From: Alphaproteobacteria bacterium
Lineage (GTDB): Bacteria > Pseudomonadota > Alphaproteobacteria > Bin95
DNA: 64,000 nucleotides
Assembly (NCBI GenBank): GCA_022825195.1
Contig: JAJDYL010000064.1
Coordinates: 807 to 64,806, forward strand
Direction of reading: 5' to 3'
Positions 9,739 to 23,826 of the stretch are shown piece by piece. Below the pieces are notes generated by a model that ran no database searches, was not told the origin of the DNA, and was given only the letters and a program-made list of their open reading frames with translations. How positions within the stretch are numbered: the first letter of the stretch is position 1; every line of letters begins with the position of its first letter. The position numbers and the translations under genes were made by a program.

Positions 9739-12084
9739 GTGGCAAAGCCGCCTGCCGATATCGACAAGACCCTGGAGGAGCTGGAGTTCCAGGGCCGCCG
9801 ACAAGGGCCGCGGCTCGCCATGGCGGTCGGCGCAGTTTGTTTCGCCTGGTCGATCTACCAATTGTGGATCGCCTCTCCGTTCCCGTTCATGTTCGACTTC
9901 GCGGTCATCGGCGATGTTCCTGCCCGCGGCATTCATCTGTCCTTCGCCCTGCTGCTGTGCTTCCTGATCTACCCGGTGTCGCGCGGGCGGGCGGGGCGCG
10001 GCCTGCCCTTCCACGATGTCGCCTGCGCCCTTCTCGGTTGCCTCGCCGCCCTTTACCTGTTCTTCGGATGGGACGGCCTCGTCGCCCGGCAGGGCGTGCT
10101 CCATGTCTGGAACGGGGCGCCGGTCGAGGCGGTTCTCGGCGGCGTCGGCATCGTGCTGCTGCTTGAGGCCGCCCGCCGGGCAGTCGGCACACCGCTGGTC
10201 ATCGTCTGCGTCGTCTTTCTGCTCTATTCGATCTTCGGGCAGGTGATGCCGGAGGTCGTCTCGCACAAGGGGCTCAGCCTGAATCGGCTGATCGGTTATC
10301 AGTGGCTGACCGGAGAGGCCGTCTTCGGTATCCCGCTCAGCGTCTCGGTCAGTTTCGTGTTCCTGTTCGTGCTGTTCGGGGCGCTGCTCGACAAGGCGGG
10401 AGCCGGGCAGTATTTCCTGGCGCTCTCCTTTGCCATGGTGGGCCGGTACAGCGGCGGCCCGGCCAAGGGGGCGATCCTCGCCTCCGGCATGACGGGCATG
10501 ATTTCGGGCTCGTCGATCGCCAATGTCGTCACCACGGGCACCTTCACGATTCCCGTCATGCGCCGGATCGGCATGCCGGCGGTCAAGGCCGGCGCCATCG
10601 AGGTCGCGGCATCGACGAACGGCCAGATCATGCCGCCGATCATGGGCGCCGCAGCGTTCATCATCGCCGAGTTCATCGGCATCTCCTATGTCGATGTCGT
10701 GATAGCGGCGGCAATCCCGGCGGCGCTCAGCTATATCGCGCTGTTCTACATTTCCCATCTGGAGGCGCAGAAGCTGGGCCTTTCCGGGCTCCCCGCCGCC
10801 GAGGTCCCGCCTTTCCGGACGACCTTCGTGAGCGGCCTGCACTACCTCATCCCGATCGTCATCCTGGTCTATCTGCTGATGGTGGAACGCTGGAGTGCGC
10901 ACAGCGCGGTGTTCTATTCCATCCTCTCGCTCATGGGGATCATCCTCGCCCGCCGGGTCTTCGGCGCAATACGGGGAAACGGCACCGCCGTCATCGACGC
11001 GCTGGCACAGGGGCTGGCCGAGATCTATGCCGGCATGGTCGCCGGAGCCCGCAACATGATCGGGATCGCCGTGGCCGTGGCCGCGGCCGGCGTCATAGTG
11101 GGCGCGGTGTCCTCGACCGGCCTCAACAACGCCATGGTCGGCGTCGTCGAGGCGATTGCCGGCAGCAATGTCTATGTCCTTCTGGGGTTGACCGCCGTGC
11201 TTTGCATCGTGCTCGGCATGGGGCTGCCAACGACCGCAAACTATCTGGTCGTCGCCTCCCTGCTCGGCGGCGTGCTGGTGGAACTCGGCAGCGCGTCCGG
11301 CCTCGTACTGCCGTTGATCGCCGTTCACCTCTACGTCTTTTACTACGGGCTTCTGGCCGATTCGACGCCGCCCGTGTGCCTCGCGGCATTCGCCGCCTCG
11401 GCCATCTCCAGGGCGGACCCGTTGAAGACCGGCGTGCAGTCCTTCCTCTACGACATCCGCACCGCTGTCCTGCCGCTTGTGTTCCTGTTCAACACCGAAT
11501 TGCTGTTGATCGGCATCGACAGCATCTGGCACGGCGTCCTTGTCGTGCTCATGTCGCTGTTCGCCATTCTGGCATTCAGCTCCCTCACCCAGGGCTGGAT
11601 GCTGGTCCGGGTCCGGTGGTACGAGGGAGCATTGCTCGCCGTGGCCTGTTTCATGCTGTTCCGCCCCGGCTTCTTCATGGATCAGGTCGCGCCGCCTTAT
11701 GACCCGGTCCACTTCGAATCGTTCGTCTCGGGCGGGTTTGCGCCCCCGCCGGAACGGCATGTCCGGCTGCATGTGACGCGCGAGACCGATTATGGCGACC
11801 GCTACAAATTGTTCGCCCTGAAAACACCCGAAGACCCGGCAGACACCCCGGCGGAAACCTTCGGGCTCCGGATCGGACGCGAAGACGACGGGCGTTATTC
11901 CGTAGCCGACCTGGCCTTCAACGGCATGGCCGAGCGCGCCGGGATGGAATGGGGCGACTATGTCACCGGAGTCGATGTCGAGCAGACGGACCTGCCGCCC
12001 AAGGAGTTGGTCTATCCCATCGGGGTGGCGCTGCTCGGCCTTGTCGGACTGTCCCAATTTCGGCGCCGCCGGAAGGCCGTCTGA
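9739..12084 (+). CDS. TRAP transporter fused 4TM/12TM permease (TAXI-associated) with C-terminal extension domain
   Basis: 781 aa, many TM helices, 125 bp downstream of TAXI SBP; GTG start at 9739 (alt ATG 9820); C-terminal about 140 aa soluble segment plus final TM helix. Confidence 0.85.
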   Translation: MAKPPADIDKTLEELEFQGRRQGPRLAMAVGAVCFAWSIYQLWIASPFPFMFDFAVIGDVPARGIHLSFALLLCFLIYPVSRGRAGRGLPFHDVACALLGCLAALYLFFGWDGLVARQGVLHVWNGAPVEAVLGGVGIVLLLEAARRAVGTPLVIVCVVFLLYSIFGQVMPEVVSHKGLSLNRLIGYQWLTGEAVFGIPLSVSVSFVFLFVLFGALLDKAGAGQYFLALSFAMVGRYSGGPAKGAILASGMTGMISGSSIANVVTTGTFTIPVMRRIGMPAVKAGAIEVAASTNGQIMPPIMGAAAFIIAEFIGISYVDVVIAAAIPAALSYIALFYISHLEAQKLGLSGLPAAEVPPFRTTFVSGLHYLIPIVILVYLLMVERWSAHSAVFYSILSLMGIILARRVFGAIRGNGTAVIDALAQGLAEIYAGMVAGARNMIGIAVAVAAAGVIVGAVSSTGLNNAMVGVVEAIAGSNVYVLLGLTAVLCIVLGMGLPTTANYLVVASLLGGVLVELGSASGLVLPLIAVHLYVFYYGLLADSTPPVCLAAFAASAISRADPLKTGVQSFLYDIRTAVLPLVFLFNTELLLIGIDSIWHGVLVVLMSLFAILAFSSLTQGWMLVRVRWYEGALLAVACFMLFRPGFFMDQVAPPYDPVHFESFVSGGFAPPPERHVRLHVTRETDYGDRYKLFALKTPEDPADTPAETFGLRIGREDDGRYSVADLAFNGMAERAGMEWGDYVTGVDVEQTDLPPKELVYPIGVALLGLVGLSQFRRRRKAV

Positions 12085-12130
12085 CCTTCCCTGCCGAATT
12101 CCCGCCTGGCGGTACGGCCGGGCGGGCGGC

Positions 12131-12985
12131 TCAGGCTCCCGGATAGAGGCCGGAGATTTCCCGCCTGACGATCTGCACCGCCTCCGGGAGCGGATCGGGC
12201 TTCTCCAGCAGCTGAATGACGGCCCGGCCCGGGGAGGGCAATGCCGGGGCGTGGGGAACGGTCCTGGTCCCGGCCGGAACGGCGCCCTCCGCCATCACGG
12301 CGACAGCCGCGCCGCAGGCCACGGCGCTCCGGATGGCCTCCGTGTCGGTGCTGGTCAGCACGTCCCGCCAGGTCGTACCGCAGGAGTTGAGCGCCGCGAC
12401 TGCCGCCTCGCGGGCCGGGTATCCTGCGGGATAGCCCGCGACCGGTATCACGGGCCAGTCGCCGAGGGCGAACCTGGGAGCGGATACCCAGTAGAGGCGC
12501 GGCCGGGACAGTATCGCCGCCGACGGCGTGTCCTCCAGCGCCATGACCACGGCGAGATCGAGCTCGCCGGTCTCGACCTGCCGCCGGAGCGAGAGGCGGT
12601 CCCCGCAGCGTATGTCCAGCTCCAGCGCCGTGTAGGTTCCCCGCATCCGCTCCAGGAGACCGGGAAGCAGGGTCGGGGCGCAGTCCTCGGACACGCCGAG
12701 GCGGACGCTGCCAGCAATCAGCTTGGAACCCGCCCGGTCGAGCAGCCGGTCATGCAGATCGACCATCGCCCGGGCCGCAGGCAACAGGTCGCGGCCGGCT
12801 TCCGTAAGCCGGACATCGGCGCGGTTGCGCTCGAAAAGGCGCATGCCCAATTGCTCTTCCAGGGTGCGGATGCGCAACGACATCGTTCCCTGCGAGCAGC
12901 CTAGGAGCTCTGCGGCGATGGAGAAGCTCCGCTCGGCGGCCACCGTCAGGAAGGACCGCAGGAGCCTGGTGTCGATATCGGCCAT
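12131..12985 (-). CDS. LysR family transcriptional regulator
   Basis: MADIDTRLLRSFLTVAAERSFSIAAELLGCSQGTMSLRIRTLEEQLGMRLFER (N-terminal wHTH), 284 aa. Confidence 0.9.
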   Translation of the reverse strand: MADIDTRLLRSFLTVAAERSFSIAAELLGCSQGTMSLRIRTLEEQLGMRLFERNRADVRLTEAGRDLLPAARAMVDLHDRLLDRAGSKLIAGSVRLGVSEDCAPTLLPGLLERMRGTYTALELDIRCGDRLSLRRQVETGELDLAVVMALEDTPSAAILSRPRLYWVSAPRFALGDWPVIPVAGYPAGYPAREAAVAALNSCGTTWRDVLTSTDTEAIRSAVACGAAVAVMAEGAVPAGTRTVPHAPALPSPGRAVIQLLEKPDPLPEAVQIVRREISGLYPGA

Positions 12986-13030
12986 AAATATTTATATTTT
13001 CGATAGCTGTTGCCAGTCAATCTCGCCGTC
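12986..13030 (-). promoter_or_regulatory. Sigma70-like promoter abutting lysR start (possible leaderless transcript)
   Basis: minus-strand reading: gaTTGACTggcaacagctatcgaaaaTATAAATatttATG; -10 ends 4 nt before ATG. Confidence 0.3.
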
Positions 13031-13062
13031 GGCCCGCGGCTCCCTGTCGCCGCTTGCCGGCG

Positions 13063-14352
13063 CTATCCCCTTGCCGCGCTGAGCCCGGCCAACGGCGGCG
13101 CGGTCGCGTGGACGGGGCGCCGCAGGATGAGGAGGCGGCGGGCCTCTTCCGTGCGCGCGCTGCGGAGGAGGGCGCCCAGCAGCGCGAATTCCAGGAGGTC
13201 GCGCTGGGCGCGGCTGCCGCCGACCCGTTCATGCCCGGCCATCCAGGGCGCGAGCAGCGCGACGGCATCGTCCCAGTCGCTCCGGGCATAGGCGCCAAGG
13301 GCTTCGGCCAGGCCCGACACCATGTCGCCCGCCGGGCCGGCGGCGGACTCGGCAATGCGCGCCAGCCTGTCGCCGCGCCCGGCCATGGCGTGCGCCAGCG
13401 CCGCGTGCAAATCCGCGAAGGCGATGCCGGGATCGGGGAAGAACTTCGCCGCATAATCGCTGAGGCGCTGCCAGGCGCCGTCCGGCGCGGCCGCGCCGGC
13501 GAGCTCGGCGCGCAGTACGAAAGCGGCGCTGTCCGTCAACACGTTGATCGGCGGCCCCCACGCGCCGCCCGGCGCGACATCGGCCTCGAAGACCCGCCAC
13601 GCTTCGTCACGCTCGCCGGCCTCGACCCGCCAGATCGCGACGTGCCAGGCGATGTGGCAGGAAAGCTGCGCCTCCCGGTCGTAATCGCGCCGCCAGGCGT
13701 CGAGACGCGCAAGGCCGTCCTCGCGCTCTCCCGCCTCGTAGTGGACATGCGCGCGGATATGCGCGGCGTTGGCATTGCGCGGGTTGCCGGCCAGCGAGCG
13801 CTCCAGCAGGCGTTCGGCCTCCGCCACCTGGCCGGCCTCGACCTGCGAGAAGCCGTGCTGGGCGAGAAACCACCAGTCGTCGCCATAGTGGGGTGCCAGC
13901 CGGTCGGTGAAGGCCAACTGCTCCGCCTCGCGGCCGGCGCGGCCGCTGAAGCCGATGAGCCCGAAGACGCCGCAACAGGGCTGCGCGATCATGGCGTCGA
14001 GCGGCCATTCCCTGAGGTGGGCGAGGATCGCGGCATAGGCGCCCGGCCCGTCCCCGTCGATCAGCAGGCCGAGCGCGTTCAGATGGCCGGCCTCCCTGTC
14101 GGAACATCCGTTCGCGGCAGCCCGCGCGGCGGCGATCGCCTCGCGCGCCTCGCGCCCCCGGCCCCGCATCTGCATGGCCCGCGCCCGGCCGGCATGGGCG
14201 AGCGCGAAGGACGGATCTTCGGCGGCGGCGCGCGCAAACGCCTGCTCGGCGCCCGCATTGGCACTGAGGAACAGGTCCATTCCCTCGACATAGGCATCGC
14301 GCGCGGCTGCGCTGCCCGTGGAGAGGGGGAGGCCGTACCGGTCCCGCTGCAT
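13063..14352 (-). CDS. Tetratricopeptide-repeat protein (TTC38-like)
   Basis: MQRDRYGLPLSTGSAAARDAYVEGMDLFLS..NANAAHIRAHVHYEAGE..HIAWHVAIW; internal ATG at 14352 chosen (track ORF to 14535 overlaps acs). Confidence 0.65.
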   Translation of the reverse strand: MQRDRYGLPLSTGSAAARDAYVEGMDLFLSANAGAEQAFARAAAEDPSFALAHAGRARAMQMRGRGREAREAIAAARAAANGCSDREAGHLNALGLLIDGDGPGAYAAILAHLREWPLDAMIAQPCCGVFGLIGFSGRAGREAEQLAFTDRLAPHYGDDWWFLAQHGFSQVEAGQVAEAERLLERSLAGNPRNANAAHIRAHVHYEAGEREDGLARLDAWRRDYDREAQLSCHIAWHVAIWRVEAGERDEAWRVFEADVAPGGAWGPPINVLTDSAAFVLRAELAGAAAPDGAWQRLSDYAAKFFPDPGIAFADLHAALAHAMAGRGDRLARIAESAAGPAGDMVSGLAEALGAYARSDWDDAVALLAPWMAGHERVGGSRAQRDLLEFALLGALLRSARTEEARRLLILRRPVHATAPPLAGLSAARG

Positions 14353-14372
14353 GGGTGCGTCCTCCCCGGCCG

Positions 14373-16325
<1,953 letters not shown>

Positions 16326-16387
16326 CGTCTCCCGCCCGTTTCCGAGTCCGCCCGATAGTCGCGCCGCCGGGCGGTTTTTTCCAGACC

Positions 16388-17470
16388 CTATCGGTTGCCG
16401 CCCGGCTCCCGGAACTGCTTGCCGAGGCGCAGGCCCTGCGCCTGGTAGGTGGAACCGATGCCGCCGCCATAGATCTTGTCCGGCGCCGCCAGCATCGGCT
16501 CGTAGATCAATCGCCCGACCGGCTGGCCGTCCTCGACGACGAAGGGCACGTCGTGGGCGCGGACCTCCAGCACCGCCCGGCTGCCGGCGCCATAGCCGAA
16601 ACCCGGGTCGAAGAACCCGGCATAGTGGACCCGGAATTCGCCCACGCGGGTGTCGTAGGGGCGCATTTCGGCGGCGTGATCGGGCGGTATGGCTACGGTT
16701 TCCTTGGAGGCGAGAATGTAGAAGTCGTCGGGGTTGAGCACGATGCCGCGGCCGGGGCGGGCGGCGACCGGCTCCCAGAACTCCTCAGGATCGTAATGGC
16801 CGACGCGCTCGACATCGACAAGGCCCGCATGGGCGCGCGCCTTCCAGGCGATGACACCCCCCGCCCCTTCCGTATCGACCGTCAGCACCAGCCCGTCGTC
16901 GATAACGGCTTCGCGGTCCACCAGCGCGTCGCGCGCGTGCAGGTCGCGCAGCGCCGGGTCGTCGCCGCCCTGCGCGCCCCGCCTCAGGCGCAGCTGCACG
17001 AGGCGCGCGCCTTCCCGGACCAGGATGGAGAAGGTACGCGGCGCCAGTTCGACATAGAGCCGCCCTGCATATCCGGCCGGCAGCCGGTCGAATTCCGGCA
17101 CCCGGTCGGCGATCAGCCGCGCGAACACGTCGAGGCGTCCGGTCGAACTCTTGGGGTTGGCGATGGCGGCCGTGCCGGCGTCGATGGCCACCCGCTCCAT
17201 GAGTTCGGCGATATAGACGCAGCCGCGTTCCAGCACCGCTCCCCGTGCGAGGTCGATCTCGTGCATGGCGTGGCGCCCGATGCGCCCGGCCACGGCGCCA
17301 TCCGGTCCCGGCAGGAAGCTCGCCCGGACCCGCCAGGCGCGACGGCCGAGCCGAAGGTCGAGGCTCGCCGGTTGGATCTGATCTTCCTCGATGGGCCGGC
17401 AAGCCGAGAGCGCGCCGGCCTCGACAGCCTCCCGCAGGAGCTGTGACGGCAGAATGCCCGTTGGCTTCAC
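16388..17470 (-). CDS. dcd: 2'-deoxycytidine 5'-triphosphate deaminase (long alphaproteobacterial form)
   Basis: [32 protein letters not shown]..; GTG start at 17470 overlapping ialB stop (GTGA); 360 aa; track ORF N-terminal extension to 18124 is shadow. Confidence 0.8.
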   Translation of the reverse strand: MKPTGILPSQLLREAVEAGALSACRPIEEDQIQPASLDLRLGRRAWRVRASFLPGPDGAVAGRIGRHAMHEIDLARGAVLERGCVYIAELMERVAIDAGTAAIANPKSSTGRLDVFARLIADRVPEFDRLPAGYAGRLYVELAPRTFSILVREGARLVQLRLRRGAQGGDDPALRDLHARDALVDREAVIDDGLVLTVDTEGAGGVIAWKARAHAGLVDVERVGHYDPEEFWEPVAARPGRGIVLNPDDFYILASKETVAIPPDHAAEMRPYDTRVGEFRVHYAGFFDPGFGYGAGSRAVLEVRAHDVPFVVEDGQPVGRLIYEPMLAAPDKIYGGGIGSTYQAQGLRLGKQFREPGGNR

Positions 17471-17970
17471 TCGAGGAAGGTGAGCGCGCGCGTGAAGCCG
17501 CGCAGCGAGACCGGGAGGGCCACCTGCCTGCCGTCCACCATGCTGAAGGACAAAACGGCGGTCAGATGCTGCTTGAAGGCCGTCAGCATCACCTCGTCCA
17601 TTTGCATGTTCGCCTCGCAACCGGCCTGCACGCAGAACAGAAGCGGCGGCCGCCGGACGGCCTTCTGGTTGCCCTCGACCCAGAGGGTGATTCCCGCCGG
17701 CAGGTGGACGCCGAGCGGTACCGTGAGCGATGCGAGAAGAGGCCTGTCGGGCCCCGGACGTCCGATCGCCACCGTGGCGGCTGCCTGTTCGGACCCTGCT
17801 GGGAACAGGCGCTGGAAAATGAAGCACTGCTCCGCCGCGTCGGGCTTGTCCCCGGGCGCCTTCAGACAGCCCTTGGTCCAGTCGCCCGACGTCTCGCCCC
17901 GGACGACTTCTGCGGCCGCGGGCTGTGCTGCGGCAGCCAGCAGGATCAGTAACAGGCATCTGAGGAACAT
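17467..17970 (-). CDS. ialB: Invasion-associated locus B (IalB) family protein, secreted
   Basis: MFLRCLLLILLAAAAQPAAA (signal peptide) ..WTKGCLKAPG..CEANMQMDEVMLTAFKQ..; 167 aa. Confidence 0.8.
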   Translation of the reverse strand: MFLRCLLLILLAAAAQPAAAEVVRGETSGDWTKGCLKAPGDKPDAAEQCFIFQRLFPAGSEQAAATVAIGRPGPDRPLLASLTVPLGVHLPAGITLWVEGNQKAVRRPPLLFCVQAGCEANMQMDEVMLTAFKQHLTAVLSFSMVDGRQVALPVSLRGFTRALTFLE

Positions 17971-18122
17971 GGCAGAAACTCTGAAAGGGCGGGCAGGGCT
18001 GGGGCGGATGTTTAGCACCGCCGGGGCGGGTTTGGCGAGAGCGGCGCGCTTCCGGTCGTTGCCGCGCCTGGAGAGAATGGGTATAGCAGCGTGCGATGCG
18101 AGAGGCGGAGAGGGGCGGCGCC

Positions 18123-19292
18123 ATGCAGTTCGGGTGGAGCGAGCAGCACGACCAGATGCGAGAGGCGGTGGAACGGCTTTGCGCCGGCTTCGACCTCGAC
18201 TACTGGCGCGAGCGCGATGCGGAAGGCGAATTCCCGCACGATTTCCACCGCGCCATGGCGGAAGGCGGATGGCTCGGCATCGCCATGCCGGAGGAGTTCG
18301 GCGGCTCGGGGCTCGGCATCGTCGAAGCGGCGGTCCTGATGCAGGCGGTGGCCCAGTCCGGCGCGGGGATGAGCGGCTGCTCCGCAATCCATCTCAACAT
18401 TTTCGGCCCCCATCCCATCGTGAAGCACGGGACGAGCGAGCAGCGGCAGCGCATGCTGCCGGAACTCATCGCCGGCGAGAAAAAGGCCTGTTTCGCCGTC
18501 ACCGAGCCGGACTCCGGCCTCAACACCTCCAGCCTCAAGACGCGGGCCGAGCCGGACGGCAAGGGCGGATATGTGGTTCACGGGCAGAAGCTCTGGACCT
18601 CGACGGCGCAGGTGGCCGACAAGATGCTGCTGATCGCGCGCACGACGCCGAGGGAGCAGTGCAAGCGGTCCTTCGACGGCCTGACGCTCTTCTACACGGA
18701 TTTCGACCGCCGCTACCTGACCCCGACGGAGATTCCGAAAATGGGCCGCTCGGCGGTCGATTCGAACTCGGTGTTCTTCGACGGCCTGCCGGTGCCGGCG
18801 GAGGACCGGATCGGCGATGAGGGCAGGGGCTTCTACTACTTGCTGGACGGCCTGAACCCGGAGCGCATTCTCGTAGCCGCCGAGGCGGTGGGCATCGGGC
18901 GCTGTGCGCTCGGGCGGGCGGCGGACTATGCGCGCGAGCGCCAGGTCTTCAACCGGCCGATCGGCCAGAACCAGTCGATCCAGCATCCGCTGGCGGAAAG
19001 CTGGGCGAAGCTCGAGGCAGCGGAACTGCTGGTTTACAAGGCTGCGTGGATGTACGACCGGGGCGAGGCGTGCGGGCCGCAGGCCAATGCCGCGAAATAT
19101 CTGGCGGCGGAGGTGGGCCACGAGGCCTGCGAGCGGGCCATCCTCACCCATGGCGGCATGGGCTACGCCAAGGAATACCATGTGGAGCGCTGGCTCAGGG
19201 AAATCTGGATCGCCCGGATCGCGCCGGTGAGCTGGCAGCTCGCGCTGTCCTTCATCGCCGAGAAGGAACTCGACCTGCCGAAGAGCTATTGA
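18123..19292 (+). CDS. Acyl-CoA dehydrogenase family protein
   Basis: [56 protein letters not shown]..; ATG 18123 preferred over 18096. Confidence 0.85.
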   Translation: MQFGWSEQHDQMREAVERLCAGFDLDYWRERDAEGEFPHDFHRAMAEGGWLGIAMPEEFGGSGLGIVEAAVLMQAVAQSGAGMSGCSAIHLNIFGPHPIVKHGTSEQRQRMLPELIAGEKKACFAVTEPDSGLNTSSLKTRAEPDGKGGYVVHGQKLWTSTAQVADKMLLIARTTPREQCKRSFDGLTLFYTDFDRRYLTPTEIPKMGRSAVDSNSVFFDGLPVPAEDRIGDEGRGFYYLLDGLNPERILVAAEAVGIGRCALGRAADYARERQVFNRPIGQNQSIQHPLAESWAKLEAAELLVYKAAWMYDRGEACGPQANAAKYLAAEVGHEACERAILTHGGMGYAKEYHVERWLREIWIARIAPVSWQLALSFIAEKELDLPKSY

Positions 19293-19331
19293 GGCGGGCC
19301 GGCCCCGGGGACAACCGGGACGCCGCGCCCG

Positions 19332-21266
<1,935 letters not shown>

Positions 21267-21296
21267 GCTTCCGTCCGTCCCCGTTTCTCGTTTCTT

Positions 21297-23093
21297 CTAC
21301 ATCCCGCTCCGGGCGCGCGACCTGCGGGCCTCCATCACCAGCGCCGGCATGCGCTCCAGCGAACTGTCGGCATCGGTTTCCGCCGTCGCCGCAACCTCGC
21401 GCTCCATGGCCGCCGACCGATATGCTGCGAAGACCTGCTCCATCCCCTTGCGCGCCTCCGCTATCGCGGCGTTCGGGCGGGCAAAGGAAGCAAGGCTGTA
21501 AACGGCCTCGCACAGCACACCGCCGATCGCGCCGGAAAGACCGACCGTTTCGAGATGGGTTCGCCAGACGCCCGCGTCAATCCCTTCCCCTTCGGCAGCG
21601 AGCCTTAGAATCTCCTGCCGAAGTCTGTCAAGCGACGCCGCGCATTCGAGCTCGGCGATCTCGCGCGCAAACTCGACCGCGAGACCGGGATGGTTGACCG
21701 CCGCCGCGAGCACGCCCTGCACCTGCCGTTCGCGCAATCCGGCAATCCGTGCCTGGCCCCGGTCCCGTCCGCCGCCCGCAGAGGAGGGCGGCGCGGGCCG
21801 GCGCGCGCCCGTTTCCGGTCTGAGGTTGACCCCGAACTGCTCCTGCAGGCGAGACCGGATCTCGGCTTCGTAATAGCGCCGCACGGTCCGGTCCCGGATG
21901 CCGGAAGCCAGCGCCAGCAGATTGCCGCTGAACCGGGCGCGGCGGTCGGGCGAGTCGGGGCGCACCGCCGCCGCTTCGCTCGACCAGAGGAGGTCGATGG
22001 GCGCCTGGGCCCGCTCCACCACGGCGCGCAACGCCGCCGCACCGTCCTGGCGGACCAGGTCGTCCGGGTCGCGGTCGTCCGGCAGGCGCGCGAAGCGCAG
22101 CGACTTTCCGGGCGCCAGCAGCGGCAGCGCGCGCTCCGCAGCGCGCCGGGCCGCGCGCTGGCCTGCCTCATCGCCGTCGAAGCACAACACCGGCTCGTCG
22201 ACGATCCGCCAGAGCGCCCTCAATTGATTCTCGCCGAACGCTGTGCCGAGCGACGCCACGGTATGCGCGAATCCCGCCTGGGAGAGGGCGATGGCGTCCA
22301 TGTAGCCCTCGACGACCACGATCTCCTTCGCTCGCCACGCGGCGTCTCGCGCCTGGGCGAGGCCGTAGAGCACCTCTCCCTTACGGAAGATCGGAGTCTC
22401 GGGCGTGTTGAGATATTTCGGCTGCGCATCGCCGAGCGTGCGCCCGCCGAACGCGATCGGGCGCCCCCGCCGGTCGGTGATCGGGAATACGACGCGGTTG
22501 CGCAGCGAGGCAACCGGCGCCTCCGCGCCCTCGCGCAGACGCAGCAGTCCGGCTTCGAGCAGGGTTTCGGCCTCGAAACCGCCGCGCTTCAACGCTTGCG
22601 CCACCGCCCCCGACTCTCCGGGAGCGTATCCCAGACGGAAACGGCCGATCGTGTCGTCGTCGAGGCCGCGTCCGCGCAGATAGTCCATCGCCCGCCTGCC
22701 TGCCGGCAGGCGCAACTGGCGTTCATAGAAGGCGGCCGCCGCTTCCACGGCGTCCAGCAGGCCCCGTCGCCGGCGGGCCTGAGCCGCCGCTTCGGGGCTC
22801 TCGCGCGGCACTTCCAGTCCGGCAGCCTGGGCGAGCTTCTCGACGGCTTCGGGAAAGGAGAGCCCTTCCATGCGCATCAGGAAGCCGATGACGTCGCCGT
22901 GCTCGCCGCTGGAAAAGCAATGGAAAAAGCCTTTCTCCGGCACGACGGTGAAAGAGGGCGTGCGCTCCTGCTTGAAGGGCGATAGGCCGACATATTCCCG
23001 CCCGCGCCGCTGCAATTTCACATGGCGCGAGACGATGTCGACCAGGGACACGCGTTCGCGCAGCTGTTCGAGAAAATCGGGCGGGAAAGCCAT
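21297..23093 (-). CDS. dnaG: DNA primase
   Basis: ..CPFHQE-like zinc ribbon (FKQERTPSFTV..GFFHCFSSGEHGDVIGFLM), TOPRIM region EGYMDAIAL; 598 aa; immediately upstream of rpoD. Confidence 0.9.
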   Translation of the reverse strand: MAFPPDFLEQLRERVSLVDIVSRHVKLQRRGREYVGLSPFKQERTPSFTVVPEKGFFHCFSSGEHGDVIGFLMRMEGLSFPEAVEKLAQAAGLEVPRESPEAAAQARRRRGLLDAVEAAAAFYERQLRLPAGRRAMDYLRGRGLDDDTIGRFRLGYAPGESGAVAQALKRGGFEAETLLEAGLLRLREGAEAPVASLRNRVVFPITDRRGRPIAFGGRTLGDAQPKYLNTPETPIFRKGEVLYGLAQARDAAWRAKEIVVVEGYMDAIALSQAGFAHTVASLGTAFGENQLRALWRIVDEPVLCFDGDEAGQRAARRAAERALPLLAPGKSLRFARLPDDRDPDDLVRQDGAAALRAVVERAQAPIDLLWSSEAAAVRPDSPDRRARFSGNLLALASGIRDRTVRRYYEAEIRSRLQEQFGVNLRPETGARRPAPPSSAGGGRDRGQARIAGLRERQVQGVLAAAVNHPGLAVEFAREIAELECAASLDRLRQEILRLAAEGEGIDAGVWRTHLETVGLSGAIGGVLCEAVYSLASFARPNAAIAEARKGMEQVFAAYRSAAMEREVAATAETDADSSLERMPALVMEARRSRARSGM

Positions 23094-23113
23094 TCGGGGC
23101 GCCGGGCCTGCCG

Positions 23114-23569
23114 TCAGGCCGCAAGCGCGGCCTTGACCGTCCGGCTGATCTCGCCGAAGTCCATCTGTCCGGCATACCGCCGCTTCAGCTCGGCCATGAC
23201 CCGGCCCATGTCGCGCATGCCCGAGGCGCCGAGGTCGCCGACCACGGCGTTCACAGCGGCAATTTGCGCTTCCGTGTCGAGCTTGGCCGGCAGGAAGCGC
23301 TCGATGACGGCGATTTCGCGCCGCTCTTCGTCCACCGAGTCTAGCCGCCCGGCTTCTTCGTAATAGCGGGCGGATTCCTCCCGCTGGCGAACCATCTTGT
23401 CGAGCAGTTCGCGGATTTCCGCATCGCCGATGCCGTCGGCATTGCCCTGTCCGCGCGCCGCGATGTCACGATCCTTGATTGCGGCCAGAATCAGCCTGAC
23501 GGTGCGCAAGGTCATGACATCCTTGGCACGCATCGATTCCTTCAACGCCTCATTGAGTTGCACCCGCAT
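23114..23569 (-). CDS. GatB/YqeY domain-containing protein
   Basis: MRVQLNEALKESMRAKDVMTLRTVRLILAAIKDRDIAARG.. 151 aa; classic position upstream of dnaG. Confidence 0.85.
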   Translation of the reverse strand: MRVQLNEALKESMRAKDVMTLRTVRLILAAIKDRDIAARGQGNADGIGDAEIRELLDKMVRQREESARYYEEAGRLDSVDEERREIAVIERFLPAKLDTEAQIAAVNAVVGDLGASGMRDMGRVMAELKRRYAGQMDFGEISRTVKAALAA

Positions 23570-23826
23570 GGAAGTCTCCCGCTCTTCCAGATCGCGGCCG
23601 GTATCCCGCCGCGAGTTGTGACAGGTTCACGACAAAACGCCGCATACACGGCGTAACGTGTTGATATTGAACTTTTCTCCTCGTGGTGCACGCCTTGACA
23701 TGAGCCGCCTGCCTGCTTATCCCCTCGGCGGTTGGAACATGCCCCGGACAGCCGAAATTATGTATTCCCGACTCCTGTCGTCAAGAGTTTCCGACTGCCG
23801 CCCGGCGCAAACGAGCCGGTAATCCC

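Noticed and set aside
9589-12057. 822-aa minus-strand ORF antisense to the TRAP permease
   Set aside because: Highly charged low-complexity translation; the sense strand encodes a polytopic TRAP permease
23570-23826. Possible carA promoter TTGACA at about 23694 with weak -10
   Set aside because: -10 element poor (tatccc); too speculative to list as a feature
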